A stretch of 64,000 nt of DNA from Hemiscyllium ocellatum (lineage: Eukaryota), in the NCBI RefSeq assembly GCF_020745735.1, contig NC_083417.1:29016001-29080000 (forward strand). The letters run 5' to 3'. Positions 1 to 13,829 of this stretch are shown here, one piece after another. The notes beneath the pieces were generated by a model. It ran no database searches. It was not told the DNA's origin and saw only the letters and a list, made by a program, of their open reading frames with translations. The translations under genes were made by a program, and so were the position numbers. How positions within the stretch are numbered: the stretch's first letter is position 1; every line of letters starts with the position of its first letter.

Positions 1-78
1 TGGACTCAGCCTTATTGAATCCTTAGGTAATGCAGCAAAATGTCTGAAAATTGTAACCGACTGTTTTTTTTATTAAAT

Positions 79-380
79 TAGATTTTATTAGATTACTTAC
101 AGTATGGAAACAGGCCATTCAGCCCAACAAGTCCACACCGACCCACCGAAGCGCAACCCGCCCTGACCCATTCCCCTACATTTACCCCTTCACCTAACAC
201 TCCGGGCAATTTAACGTGGCCAATTCACCTAACCTGCACATTTTTGGAATGTGGGAGGAAACCAGAAGAAACCCACACAGACACGGGGAGAATGTGCAAA
301 TTCCACACAGTCAGTCGCATGAGGTGGGAATTGAACCCGGGTCTCTGGTGCTGTGAGGCAGCAGTGCCACCATGCCGTCC
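79..380 (-). mobile_element. HE1-type V-SINE (tRNA-derived), diverged copy
   Basis: Reverse complement shows B-box GGTTCAATTCC, V-domain GGAATTTGCACATTCTCCCCGTGTCTG and an (AATCT)n-like tail shared with the other copies. Confidence 0.85.
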
Positions 381-734
381 ACTGTGCCCACTGACCGACT
401 GCTATGTATAAGCAAAATTTTCTGATTTTATTTCAATTATCACGTTTAGAAAGCTTTTTTCTTTTTTCTTTTATATTGGCTGGACGATTGTCAGAATTGT
501 GGTTTGGACATTATTTTGTTCATAGTCACTGTTACATTCCTCAATAGATTCAAACTAGTTTAGCCCATTTAATCAATTCTAGGACCGCATCAATTGTTTA
601 CACTTTCAGTGCAGTGCTTGCCTACAGGATCTGCACTGACCATTACTAGAGAGAGTAACAGTCAGGCTCTTAAATCAAACAAGTTGAAGTATGAAGACAA
701 GCAGGTTGGAATTTTATGCAAGAACCATGTCCAT

Positions 735-1047
735 TTTTAGATTAGACTTACAGTGTGGAAACAGGCCCTTCGGCCCAACAAGTCCACACCGACCCGCCGA
801 AGCGCAACCCACCCATACCCCTACATTTACCCCTTACCTAACACTACGGGCAATTTAGCATGGCCAATTCACCTGACACGCACATCTTTGTGACTGTGGG
901 AGGAAACCGGAGCACCCGGAGGAAACCCACGCAGACACGGGGAGAACGTGCAAACTCCACACAGTCAGTCGCCTGAGTCGGGAATTGAACCCGGGTCTAC
1001 AGGTGCTGTGAGGCAGCAGTGCTAACCACTGTGCCACCGTGCCGCCC
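735..1047 (-). mobile_element. HE1-type V-SINE, full length
   Basis: GGGCGGCACGGTGGCACAGTGGTTAGCAC head (A box), GGTTCAATTCCC B box, V-domain and AATCT tail; near-identical to the copy at 37301-37607. Confidence 0.9.
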
Positions 1048-1124
1048 ACTGGGGGTGAACTCGCTTTGAAATGACCAAAAAGTCCTGAACTGATCTTATA
1101 GCTGTCAGGTAGTTAATTAGTACA

Positions 1125-1685
1125 AATGTGCCTTTGCAAAGAAGGTCTGGAGAGACGCAGGGGTTTTGTTGAGGTTCATCCTGAGCAGCTCCATGATGCA
1201 GGATTATGCGCTCTACGGGATATTCCGGGGTCCCACACTGAGACCAACATTGGCTGCACCCGGAGGACCCCTAACTCAGTGAAAGATGCTCTTTGGTTTG
1301 CCTGAAACTTAGTGGTCTTCCAGTGTGAAGAGTTGAACTCCATTGAGTGTTGCAGACTGGCACATTCCAAGATCCAGGACTATGTGCTGAGGGATGCACC
1401 AAAGCTTTGAGCAACTGTCACCAAGGCACAATGGGGAAAATCCACCATCTAAGGTCTTTCTGTCAAAGCATAATGTGGATCTATGCAATTGTCAGACCCT
1501 CTAATTGCCTCAAATATATGTAAATAATGTCTTACATGAGTAAGAAACATCTTTGGCCTTTTAACTGCAGGGAATGTCAGGGTTTGATTCTCTTGATATG
1601 TAAAGACAATATATGCTTCAATACCTGTGCATGTACATGAAGATTTTTTTTAATGAATAATGTATATTTTTGCAAAATAAAAGGA
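1125..1685 (+). mobile_element. Tx1/L1-clade LINE 3' fragment (degenerate)
   Basis: Broken frame resembling a Tx1 ORF2 C-terminus (NSVKDALW...RLAHSKIQDYVLRDA...AQWGK), followed by an AT-rich 3' UTR ending in an A-rich tract. Confidence 0.55.
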
Positions 1686-2339
1686 AAAGTCTGTCTCGTC
1701 TATGAAAGCAGCCAACTAATCAGATGGCCATTAGTTCTCCAGTCCCGAAGAGCAGGGACCAGGATGACCTTTCTATCAGTCGGATTAGAGAGTGAAGTGT
1801 GGAGGGGGTTGGGGGCAGTTTGGCAGGGGTGATGCTGATAGGCTGCCCAAATGTGAGGAAAGTCCCCTCTAGCTGGAGCAAGGCTGTCAGAGATGCCACA
1901 TGGTGTGGGCACCACTACCATTGGTTAAAATAGTGGTGGGGGGAAGGTTCCTTCATTGGCAGCTTAAGGGTCTCAAGTGGTCCAAGGGTGGCACATGCCT
2001 GGCACCTTGCCGACTGCTGGTAAAATACAGGGAAGCTGGATAGCTGTGCCCCCTAAACTTACACCCCTGTTAGATTTTGTTAATCATCTTAAATGCTTAG
2101 AGGTTTGGTATTTCACATGTGTTTAACAGATGGAGGTCAGATATTATGAGAAATGTCGAAGGTGTTAATCAAATGCAGGTAAGGGATTAAAAAAAAGCAC
2201 ATCATTTCCTGAGTTGGAAAGAAAAACATACAGAACAGTGGTCTATTACTGTGGCAACCAAACGAGAATCTGACACGAAACCTGAGCTGGCTGTATTAAC
2301 AAGTCAACAATGGGCTTACTGAATTTACTTCAGCATTCT

Positions 2340-2790
2340 GCCAGGACTGTTTCTTCCATGACAGCCTGACCCACTCCTCTGGAACTCCTAATGCCCTCTC
2401 CTCCCTGGTACACTTCCCTTGTAATTGCAGAAGGTGTAACACTTACCCAATTGCCTCCTTCCTCCTCCTGGCCAAGGCCCCAAACTAAACTTCCAAATGG
2501 AGCAGGGATTTACTGTACTGCTTTCACTCCAGTCTACTGCATTTGCTGCATGCATTGTGGTCTCCTTTATATTGGGAGAGAGGGTGACTACATTGTGGAA
2601 CACCTCCTCTCTTATTTATGAAAGACGTTTGCTCAGTTGCTTTCCATTTCAATAAACCACCTTGTTCCCATGCTACATTTCTGGCCTGGGCCTCTTAGTG
2701 TTCTTGATAAGCTGGAGGTACAGACCTCATTTTCCACTAAGGCAGGCTCTAGGACTCAAAATTGAGTTCCATAATATCAGAGTATGACCT
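2340..2790 (+). mobile_element. Degenerate Penelope-like element, GIY-YIG region
   Basis: ORF 2391-2621 contains VYCICCMHCGLLYIG, matching the GIY-YIG motif seen at about 17020-17075. Confidence 0.7.
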
Positions 2791-5289
2791 TTGTCCCTCA
2801 TTTTTCTTACATAACTCAACTTCCCAGCCATGTCTTGCTGGCTTTGCTCTCAGCGGAGCACATTTATTTTCTCCTTTTCACACCTAACAATCCCACCTAA
2901 TTTACACATCCAACACTTCCTTTCCATCACTCCCATTGCCTTTATCTTTTACTTCAGGCATACTCACCATTTATTCCACTTGCTCCTCTTCCCATGCTGT
3001 CATAGCATTTCCCAGCTCCTTTTAGTCCTGCACCTCCAAAAGGCAAGGAGCGTTTTGACGGCAGCAGGTCAGCTGTCCAGTACCACAGGCAACAGAAGCC
3101 ATACATATAGCTGGTGCTTCACTCAGGGAACTTTGCCCCCGTGCCACCCCCCCCCCAACCCTGCCCCCTCCACTGGTAAAGGATGACCACCAGCTCTAGC
3201 TGGCATGAGATATTGTTGCATGAGGTTGCAAATGTGTGGCGCCATTTGATGCAAGACCCCAAGCCTCCTGAATCACCGGTGTTCAGTATGTGTCAGAAGC
3301 TTCTCCTCTGCTTATAGACGCTGCGTGCCAGGTATCATTTCCTGTGAACTGCACCCTTGAACTGGCCCTCACTCTCCTGTAAAGCTGCAAGCCTATCAGA
3401 TGCAGGCTGCAATGACTGCTGCTCCTGTTGGAGCGGTTGGTTTTCTTTGTCCTCATCTGGCAGGACAGGACAGGCTGTAAAAATCACAGAAATCCCAATT
3501 GGTGGCCATGCATATAAGATAAGCCTGGATTGGAGTCCGGGAAAGATAAGGTCAGGAATAACTGCCAGGGAGATCAGATACTCTGTGTCAGGTTACTCTT
3601 TGGTCATAATTCCAGTGGTAGAGAGCTTTGCAAGTGTTTCTGGAGGTGTGGACATTCCTTCTGTTAGGCATATTAGTGAACCGCCTACATTGCAACAAGG
3701 CAGGCACCTTAATGTATGCACCTTAGCACCTTAGCTATGCTAGGATAATATGACCTATAAATAAGACGTTCCTGGAGAGGAAAGTGACGAAAAATAATAA
3801 TTGGAGCACTCATAGCATCAAGTGTTTATAAAGCAATGCTGGAGGAAACCTACCAACCAATTTGACTTCTCTATAAGGATACATCCTAGCCCAAAGATGG
3901 AATACCAACTAAAGATAATTTAGAAATAATGAGGATATTTTAGAATAAATGAAAGTTCTGGTTAATTGATTGCACAATAATGGATCATTATTACACGCTT
4001 TCAGCATTAGTTGAAAATTGTCAGCAATAACTCAGACTCTGGCATAGGGCACAAATTTTGTTCAGGTCATGAAGCAGCAGATGACTCACAAATCTAAAAA
4101 AATTAATTAAAAAATACAATTCCTAGTTTATAGCAATCAAACCTGTGAAACATAAATAATGTGGAAAGCTATTTTTGAGATTCTCTACATGTGACCCTCA
4201 ACATGCATAGAAAAGCGGAATGCTTTCCTTACTGAGAAGACTTCTCCTGCACCCTGCACTCTAATTGTAGCTGCTGGGCATTGTCATTATTTAAACTAAT
4301 TATTGACAATACCATCTCAATTGACTCCACAAAAAGTATTTACCTCATCAATGAATTATTGGAGTTCTGGTCCAAGTGAAGAGCACGCTAAAATGCAAAA
4401 TCTTACCTCACTATAAATAAACAAAACAGATAAATTCTTGTCATAAACTTTGTCTGACCCGAGAGCACTCTGAAGTTGGGAGGTTTAGGAAGTACAAAGA
4501 ATCACACAAAGCCTTTGCCATTGAAGGCTTGGTAGGAGATTCAGAGGTTGGAAAATGTCAGAATGGAAAACTGGCAGAAATGGTTGCCTTTCCAATTTAC
4601 TGCTGAGGATGTAAAGATGCCAAGATTAAATGCAGGAAGAATGAAAATGGCATGAAGTAAACATTTATGATGTTAAGAGATAGAATGCAAAAATGTTCCT
4701 CTGCAGTAGAACAGACAGTAAAATCGAACGAGTGTAAATTCAACCACAATGACTTCAAAGTCACATTCAACAATTCACATTTCTTTCTCATTACTCTGCT
4801 CAATTTGATGTCTCTTGCTTGACCACTAAATGATATAGCACTTTTGTTGAGAAGCTGTTTCCCCATGAGGAAATGCAAACATGCTTTCAAAACGAAAAGC
4901 TGCTAAACAGCAACAGAGATTTACAAACTTCTTCATCACCTATTTGGAAATGTCAAGTGGAATTTTCCCATTAAAAGTTAAAGAGTTTTGTTCAGTAAGA
5001 TTCATGGTGCCTGGGCTGCGTGGAATGAATGACTTGGTCAATTTTCTGCTCTATGTCTCAATAATTGTGCAACTCGGCTCCTGCATGTCTTTCTCGGGCA
5101 TTAACGCGTCTAGAAATGTTGAGATGCTCTCCTCTGTCAGAATTTCCAGTCCTCCCTCCTCTGGCACCATTTTTCAAGTTCAGCTGTGCTCCACTTCAGA
5201 TGCTGTGAGCCAGGAACTGGCCCTCACCCTGTTAGTATGGAGGGTCAACATTTAGCAGATTGCTCGAAGATACTAAACCACAGTCCTCA

Positions 5290-5485
5290 TGTCGCGAGAG
5301 GAGATCTTGGTGGATGGGATGGAGAGTAGGGCAGTCTTTTTTCCTGCCAATCACCATAGGAGACCATACCACCAAAACAAGCCAGGCCGGGCACTAATTA
5401 CAGCCATTGGTCAGTGCTGTGTCCTAAGTGAAGGTTCTGCTGGAAAAAGATCAATGATTTTCTGAGCTTCACAAGGGTAAGTATC
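5290..5485 (+). mobile_element. PIF/Harbinger Myb/SANT-like DNA-binding protein remnant
   Basis: Manual translation EILVDGMESRAVFFP...RRP...(frameshift)VSAV...KKINDF resembles Harbinger Myb/SANT ORFs; followed by a GTAAGT donor. Confidence 0.5.
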
Positions 5486-6254
5486 AACTTCTTCTCTCAG
5501 CTACCTCACACCTCACACCTCACAGGGCCATCATACACTCTCACTCTACCACTTACTCTCACTATGACTCACAAACTACAACACTCACTATGGTATGCAT
5601 TATATCCACTTTTCTCATCATCCCAAACTCCTTATTCTGGCTTCCCTCTGTGCTTCCTACTCTCTCGCTGGGATCACATCACCCCCTACCCTGCTCCTGC
5701 TTCACTGCTAACTGCTCTTCCATTCCCTTCCATCATGTCAATTCTTCCCTTTGTCCTATTCAGGGGAAAGCTGATCCACTCCTGAACCGATGTTTCCACA
5801 ACACCCTGACTGTGTATGTCTGTAATCCCTGGACAAGTTATACTTGACTAGCAGTAGTACTTGTCTTTGGGCTGCAGGGGTCTGATAGGACCAGGTGCTG
5901 ACTGACTGTGGCCAACCCTCTGAAATGGAATTATTCAAGTCCTGGACTGACTGTGATGGTACCCCTGACTGACTATAGTCTTAGACAATCATACTAAGAA
6001 CTGCTCCCCCTTGAATTTCATACATGACCATTTAATTGAAACACGCACAAAACTCTGGCATATTCTACAGATCTAGTGTTAATATTGCACAATGCCACTC
6101 AGCAATAGCTGACCCTCTATCTGACTGATGAGATAGAGGGTCAATAAAGAGTCTGTGCACTAAGAAAGCCCCACACAACAAGTAGAAGCCCATAACCCAG
6201 TGCTGAAGTTATTGAATGTGCACTATGAAAGCAATGTGAATTTAAAGTAACCAT

Positions 6255-6428
6255 GAGGTGGAGGTGCCAGTGTTGGACTGGGGTGGACAAAGTTAAAAAT
6301 CAGAATTAGAGTGGTCCTGGAAAAGCACTGCAGGTCAGGCAGCATCCAAGGAGCAGGATTGTACTTCGAAAAATTGTACTTCCAAATAAACCTGTTAGAC
6401 TATGACCTGGTGTTGTGTGATTTTAAAA
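6255..6428. mobile_element. Chimeric PLE mini-element (family C ends with a family A segment inside)
   Basis: 13-bp TSD TTAAAGT(A/C)ACCAT at 6242-6254 and 6429-6441; outer parts match 31534-31687, inner 6303-6360 matches the family A terminus. Confidence 0.7.
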
Positions 6429-8765
6429 TTAAAGTCACCATTTTCTAACTCTGACTGTAGGGCTGCTCTCTCATTGCAGAGACAGACAGAGACAAGTGAT
6501 GGTTTAACCTAAGGGTTACTATGCCTTAGGCAAGAGGAAAGCTTAAGGAGGGTCCTTCATGATAACTACAGCTAGTGTGGGAATTGAACCCAGCTTTAGC
6601 ATCAGCCATCAGCAGATGCAAAGTACATAGATGATGGCAGCATCCACGTGAGCACTAAAGAGAGTGAGTGCTAAGAAGCCGAGATGCACCCTGTGCAGAT
6701 GAAATGTGTGTATGTTTGTGTGTGTTTGTGTGTATATCCCTGTGTGCAAGGCAAGCTGACAGAATCATGCAAGTCATAGGTGTCCCTGAGTTCCCAAGTA
6801 AAGGGCTAAAGTGGTGGGCAGGTTTTTCTGAGAGCAGCCATGGTGTCGGGGTGAGGCTGGAGGGTCAAGGAGGAGGTTGGCTGTGGGATAGGTTGGGACA
6901 TTGTGCTGAGGAAACGATTACATAATGGCTGGGATAAGCATTCTGTGTATTGCAGCTAGCAGGCATCTGCTCTAGTTAACATGTTGGGAATTTGCGCACA
7001 TAGTTTCTCTGGATGTGACAGATAAAGAAAGTAATTTGGGACTTTAATGAAATTCAAATGCATAAAAATAAGGTAGTCATTGCTCAATGGTGAGATTCTG
7101 AAAATGCCATTTAAGGCTTGAGGAGACGATCGAGAAATTATTTCTTGACATTGAGATTCTGATTCTTTTCATTCTCACTATTTTCCTACCATTTTAGTCA
7201 TTGCTTACACCACACTGGGGGAGGACATCCTGCCCATTATTGTTTAAAGAATATTTATGTCTACAATTGTATTACAAATCACTTAGAGGTGGGGAAGTCA
7301 TGCATGTACTTGTAAAGTCTTACATTGATTTTTGCATTCCAGTATAGAAATATAAGCTCAATGGTAAATGTTGGCATAGGTTCCTATTGGTAAAATCAAC
7401 ACAATGCTCTCTAAAAGTCATTGTAATTTTGAATAAGCATGAATCAGTCAATTCAAGGCAAATTTCCTTAGCTGCTTTTGATCAGAAATGTGATGTCACA
7501 GAGTTGAAGGAAAATAAGATACTTACAGAGATTAATCTTGTTTCATTCTCTGTATTGGTATTCTTTAATGTGCCTTTGATTGGCACCACATCCATCATTT
7601 TCACCACTGACAGACAATGACAGACAATGTGTATCATCTACAAGAGACAGAGCAGTAACTTGTCCATGGTCCTTAGACAGCAGCTTCCAAACTTGCAACC
7701 TCTACCACTTAGAAGAACAAGGACAGCGGACAGTTGAAGCCAGTGCAAGTTCCACCCCAAATCATACACCATCCTGACTTGGAAATATTCTGCCGCTCCT
7801 TCACAGTTACTGGGTCAATATCCTGAAACTCCCTTCTTAACAGCACTTTAAGTGTACCTATATCTATCACTTCCAAGAATGCGGCTAACCACGGTTTCCT
7901 CAGGGGTGAACAGGGATACATAATAAGTGGTGGTCTTGCCAGTAATGCTGAAAATGTGTTGCTGGTTAAAGCACAGCAGGTTAGGCAGCATCTCAGGAAT
8001 AGGGAATAATGCCCACATCCTGTGAATGAGTGAAAGAATGAATTTGGTGCCATATTCGTGAATCCAAAATCAAAATTACCATGATATAAACAGGGCAGAA
8101 ATGTTGACTGCAAGATGTAGATGAATGTATCATTCCAAGTGTACTCTACTTCCTCAAGCCTAATCCAGTCCATCATTCCTCACACAAACTTACCTTGCTG
8201 ACTCACCCATCCTTCTCTGTCTATGCACTTTCTCACATCTCCATCTGCAATCCATTGCTGATCCTTACCCTCATCTTTTTGTCATGCCTCTTGCTCACAG
8301 TCATCCCAACAAATGCTCTCCATTCACCCATTCAACACATGCTATTACACACACCCCTAGATGATTTATCTTCCTCTTTGTTGGAGAGGAGAACACAGAT
8401 CACAAAAGTGAGGCTGAAAGTGGCTTTCTGGAGATGTAGGAATTGCAGAGGAGCAGACATTGGACCTATGTAGAATCGTGGTATGAAAGATTCTTCTGTG
8501 GTTTACTAAGGATGTTAAGGACTGTATTGGATAAAGGCACAACTGGTAAATAATATTGCAAAAAATAGAAGTAAAACCAGGGATTAGGAATATTTTCAAA
8601 ACCAAAAAAGTGCAACCAAAATATTGATATAAAGAGAATAGATACTATTATCAGAGTAAATGAGTCAGAAATATAAAAGCTGATTATAATATCTTTCACA
8701 AGTATATGAAAAGTAAGATGCTTAATGTCCTTTAAAAGCAGAAAAAGAAACTATCAAAGGGAATG

Positions 8766-8937
8766 GAGTCGAGTGGCGCGCTGGAAAAGCACAGCAGTTC
8801 AGGCAGCATCCGAGGAACAGGAAAATCAGGAAAAGCAGGATTTTCCTGCTCCTCAGATGCTACCTGAATTGCTGTGCTTTTCCAGCACCACTCTACTCCA
8901 GAATCTGGTTTCCAGCATCTGCAGTCATTGTTCTTAC
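8766..8937 (+). mobile_element. Fold-back PLE mini-element, family A
   Basis: Inverted arms (GCTGGAAAAGCACAGCAG.../...GCTGTGCTTTTCCAGC) plus an unpaired 3' tail; perfect 15-bp TSD CTATCAAAGGGAATG at 8751-8765 and 8938-8952. Confidence 0.85.
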
Positions 8938-9089
8938 CTATCAAAGGGAATGACAAAATGTCAAAAAAAAGAAAAAAAAAATTGTGTCTGCTGTCACAAA
9001 AATCATTTACCAGAAAGAGACGGTAATCATTGGGGTAATGAGAGTGAGGAACATGGAGTATATAATATTAGCAAAGAAAAAAGTACTGG

Positions 9090-9670
9090 AAAAACTTAGA
9101 GGACTAAAATCTAGTAAATCCTGATGATCAAATTGCCAACAATGTGGATTTCTAAACAAAACTCAGTTGCAGAGGAAATGGATGCACTGCTTATAACTTT
9201 CCAAAATCTTCTTAATTCCAGAACTGTACAGGATATAGGTTAACAAATGTAACTCCATAGTTCAGGAATGCAGAGAGGTTGAAAATTGGGAGCACAGGCC
9301 AAGTAGCCTAATAGACGTTTTTGGAAAAATGCATTTTAACAATATAGAGACAAAGTCAATAATGACTTGATGAAAAGGAAAATGGTTATGACAAATTCAT
9401 TAGATTTTTTTGAGGATGGAATTAATGGGCTAGATAAAGGGGAACCAGCCAATGTGGTATATTTGGATTTCCATGAAGGCATTTGATAAAATGCCGCACA
9501 AAAGATTAAAGCGCACAATAAATGTTTGCAGAGTTGCAGGTAAGTTATTAGTATGGATAAAAAATTGGTTGAAGGAAAGAGTGTGGATAAATAGGCAATT
9601 TCAAGATGCCAGGCTGTAAATAGTGGGAAAGCACAGAGATCAGTGCTGGGGCCCCATCTATTCACAACCT
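9090..9670 (+). mobile_element. CR1-type LINE RT fragment, degenerate
   Basis: Remnants of TNSLDFFE...VVYLDF..AFD and SVLGP.LF CR1 RT motifs with stops and frameshifts. Confidence 0.75.
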
Positions 9671-10884
9671 ACTGGCCAAATCTTGTGGCAATGATGAGGG
9701 TCACAGCTTTCTGTGAGATCCAGTGTGAGTCTTGCATTGTTTCATTTTGGAAAGGCCTACCACAGTGCCTTCCACTCAATCACTTGAAAGACAAGCAGTG
9801 GGCCTTTCCCAGGAATCAAAGAGTCCAGGACAGAAATCCCACCTTCTGAGAGTCGGAGGTCAGTAGCTGCACTGAGTGGCAATACCACTGTGGGTGTGAT
9901 GATGCTCCTGGTACAACACCCACCTCAGGATGAAGACCGCTTCTCAATCCCTGGCTGGAGATGATGATGGCGGATGGGTGTATTCACAATGGGGGGTGGC
10001 AGGGGCAGTGATCTCAGAAGCAAGGGCAGAGGTGGTCTCAGCAAGTCACTCCCTTTTTTGATGCCCTCCTCCTCAATCAGGCACTGAATTTGCATCTGGT
10101 TCTCCTCCAAATGGCAAAACCTCTCTACCACTGGGTTACTATCAAAGTACTGCAATTCTCATTCCAAGTTTTATTCCTCAGATGATATCAGAAGATTTAA
10201 TTTATAAATAGTCAAGGCATTCTTTTCAATTATTTAATTAACTAGAAGCTCAACATTTGTTTCAAAATATTCTTTCACAAATCATTCCATCACATACCAT
10301 GTTCACGGCAATACAGAATTAATATTCGAATAACATAGATTTACTAAACTGATCTCAACAGAGAAAAACATTTCATGGACACCTTCACAATAATCAATGA
10401 GCAGCAGAAGAGAATGTGGAATTGTGTTACAGCCATATATTTTACAGAGAAAACAGCATTGTAACGTATTTAACAACAGGCTGCAAAACACATAAATCAG
10501 TGCATCATCCCAGAACAGTTACAAACCTTAATTCTGAGCTTTTATAAAAGGCATTTATTTATTTCAGCCTGGGCTCAGTGTTTCAGTCAGGAGGTCATGA
10601 TTTCGAGTAATACTCCAATGATTTGAATATGAAATGTAAACTGACACTTCTGCGCAGTACTGGCTATCATCTTCCAGATGGAATACTTGATGCTGTATTC
10701 CTTCTCAATCTATGTTTAAATGGTGACAGGTAAAGAAAGAGAAACAGGTAAAAAGGCACAAATGCAAATGAACAGATAATCACTAGACGGACAGTCACAT
10801 TTCAAGTAATTACCTTCTTGTGGTTGATTCAAAGCTTTATTGTTGCAGCTCAATCAAATGTTCAGTCATAATCAACAAACCAAT

Positions 10885-11181
10885 GTGGACTTCACCAGTT
10901 TCCTCATTTCCCCTTCCCCCACCTCACCCCAGTTCCAACCTTCCAGCTCAGCACCATCCCCTTGACATGTCCTACCTGCCTATCTTCCTTTCTACCTATC
11001 TACTCCACCCTCCTCTCTGACCTATCACCTCCATCCCCACCCCCATTCACCTATTGTACTCTATGCTACTCTCTCCACTCTGCAGGCACTCTGCCTTTAT
11101 TCCTGATGAAGAGCTTTTGCCCGAAACATCGATTTTCCTGCTCCTTGGATGCTGCCTGACCTGCTGTGCTTTTCCAGCACC
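10885..11181 (+). mobile_element. PLE family A pLTR fragment with decayed hammerhead
   Basis: Matches 17275-17670; CTGATGAAGAGCTTTTGCCCGAAACATC at 11103-11130. Confidence 0.8.
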
Positions 11182-12504
11182 ACTCCAATCTATTATCAAC
11201 ATATATACTGGGGCAATTAATAAAAATGAGAAATAATTCAGACAAAATCAACTAAGTAAGTCAAAAAGCTCAGTATTATCTGTTTCACTGAACAAAATAC
11301 ATCATACCAAAACACCTAAATTTTGAATAACTTTTCCATTGCAATTATCTTTAAGAACACTGAGCTATGGTGTATTCAACAAGCATGATAAGCAAGTATA
11401 CATCAGCTTTATTTCTGCTAAAACTTCAAACTGTTAAAGTTTTATTTCAAAAGGTATTTCTGGCACAATTCACCAAAGTAATTCCTACATTTTATCGTTT
11501 CTACAGTGAGCCAGTGTTTTTTTTTAAAAATTGGAATAAAATATACTTTTATTATCTTGTATGCTCCATTGTAGGAGTACAGTGAAACACTTTTATAATG
11601 TCTGCCTTCTCAAGGCGACATCTTAGGTGCAAGTACCTAGTTCCAGCAGAGAACTAAAAATAATTGCATTACTCTACAGAGTTGAAAAATAGACATCAGT
11701 CCAACAGTCATCCCTGCTCCGTTCCAAGCTCCAGTCTGCTCCATACCAGCACTCAGCTGCTCCATGGCAAGTTCCAGGATGTCCTCCCCTGTGCCAGTGT
11801 CCGCCTGGGACTCGCTGCGTGTGCACTGTTCCAGGGCTCGCTCCTCCAGGGATTTGCTGCCAGTGCTTGCCGCTGGTCCAGGATTTGCCTCTGGTGCTAA
11901 GGAAGAAGAAGAAAAAAAAGAGGAAAATAAAGGAAAAAGGAAGAAGAAAAACAGGCAGAGCAGAGGAGCTCCTGCAGGAGTGTCCTACTCTGCAGCAATC
12001 TTGATCAAATTATTCATCATGTTAAATGTCTGCTGTATTTTTTCTGGAATTTTCTTTTTTAGCGTGGTTTTCATCATAGCCCAAATTTAGAAATGCTTAT
12101 TTTGAATATTGGTAGTTACAAAACATAAGGGGAATATTCTATATGCAAAATGCATGAAATCATAATCATGTAATTTAAAAGTTTACAAATTTGTAACAAG
12201 ATGCACATAGGTAATATCAAACATACATGCAATTAATATTATTAGCTAAGCTACAGATGATGCGATTGTTTATTTTAACCAACGTCTGTTCAGCTTTATC
12301 ATAAGCTTCACTTACATTGTTTAATTTCCCAGGGGTTTAAATGTTTTTACACTTAGTTGCCCTGCAGAAATAAGTACCTGTTCTTCCAATAAAGCAGATG
12401 ATGTCTAAGAACACCCAAAAAGAACTCTAATCCAATGACATTGATTCATATTTCTACATTTTATTAAAACTAAAATCAGTATCAAATGCAATTGAATTAT
12501 CATT

Positions 12505-12800
12505 CAAAGCAAAAACAGAAATTGCTGGAGGAACTCAGCCGGTCTGGCAGCATCTATGGAGAGAAAGCAGAAACAATGCTTCGGTTGCAGTGACCCTTTC
12601 CCAGAACTATTCAAAACTAGTTGTCCAAAGTGCTGCCTTGGAGAAAGTGGCTGAGATTTCAAATCCAAGTGACTCTTCTCTAGAACAGACTTGAAACATT
12701 AACACTGTTTTCTCTCCACCAATGCTGCCAGACTTGCTGAGGTCCTCCAGCAATTTCTGGTTTTGTTTGATTTTTCCAGCATCCACAGTTCTTTGTTTTA
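12505..12800. mobile_element. Two inverted PLE family D terminal fragments
   Basis: AACAGAAATTGCTGGAGGAACTCAGC...GGCAGCATC arm and its reverse complement at about 12690-12770; decayed hammerhead-like ends. Confidence 0.6.
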
Positions 12801-13280
12801 ATGATTATTTATCTAGTGCAAAACATTTTCTATTTTGTTTCTGTATTATTGTGGCAATTAAATGTACTGGAAAGTCATAAATCAAAAAATCTTCTATTTA
12901 TCTGTTTCAATTTAAACACGGGCATTTTCATTGTTCATAAAAGAATTTATTGATTCAGGATTGAGCACCATCTCCACGATAACATTTTGATAAAAGGGAA
13001 AGGTGTGCCAGTATTTTGTTCAGAATGGGTGAACCGCAATGTTCAATGGATCTTTGTTTTTTTTTAAAAATCTTATCAAAAGTATTTAAATTATCACTGA
13101 GAGATAATGGTATATATTACATGTGTGCATGACACAAAATAAAGTAGCCTAGAATGAAGGCAAAAGATGGATCCATTATGATTCCAATAATATTGTATAC
13201 ATAAAAAGCAACTGAATATTGTAAAAATTCACTAAGTACACACTATGTTTACTAAAGCACAACTCAAATGCTAAATCTGA

Positions 13281-13574
13281 TTAGTTTAGATTCCCTACAA
13301 TGTGGAAATAGGCCCTTCGGCCCAACAAGTCCACACCAACCCTCTGAAAAGCAACCCATTCCCCTACATTCACCCCTGACTGGTGCACCTAACACTACAG
13401 GCAATTTAGCATTGCCAATTCACCTAACCTGCACTTTATTTTTGGACTGTGGGAGGAAACCCACACAGACATGAGGAGAATGTGCAAACTCCACACAGAC
13501 AGTTGCATGAGGCGGGAATTGAACCTGGGTCCCTGGCGCTGTGAGGCAGCAGTGCTAACCATTGAGCCACCGTG
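13281..13574 (-). mobile_element. HE1-type V-SINE
   Basis: tRNA-like head with GGTTCAATTCC, V-domain and HE1 3' tail. Confidence 0.85.
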
Positions 13575-13829
13575 TACAGTGCAGAAACAGTTCCAGCCAT
13601 ATTTGACCAATTCATTGTGTGTTATCAATGAATTTTTTGCTAGTGGCATTTAACTTGATGCGAAAATTTTACCTGTTCTTTTCTGAAAGGCAACTAATCA
13701 ACCTCCAGCTCTTAAAGACAACCTGTTCCTCTTAAAAGGGAGCTACACCTAATGAAAGGTAACTGCTGTTGACTGCCAGTATTGCAACTGATTACAAGAC
13801 TAAGCTTAACAAATGCAGCCAGCACGAGG

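Noticed and set aside
990-1047. tRNA genes at SINE heads (also 35160, 37301, 47107)
   Set aside because: A/B boxes continue into the V-domain and LINE-like tail; these are SINE heads, not tRNAs
8766-8937. Fold-back repeats as DNA-transposon MITEs, miRNA precursors or a CRISPR-like array
   Set aside because: Asymmetric tail, variable 10-16 bp TSDs and identity with the PLE pLTR indicate a retroelement origin; the copies are dispersed, not regularly spaced
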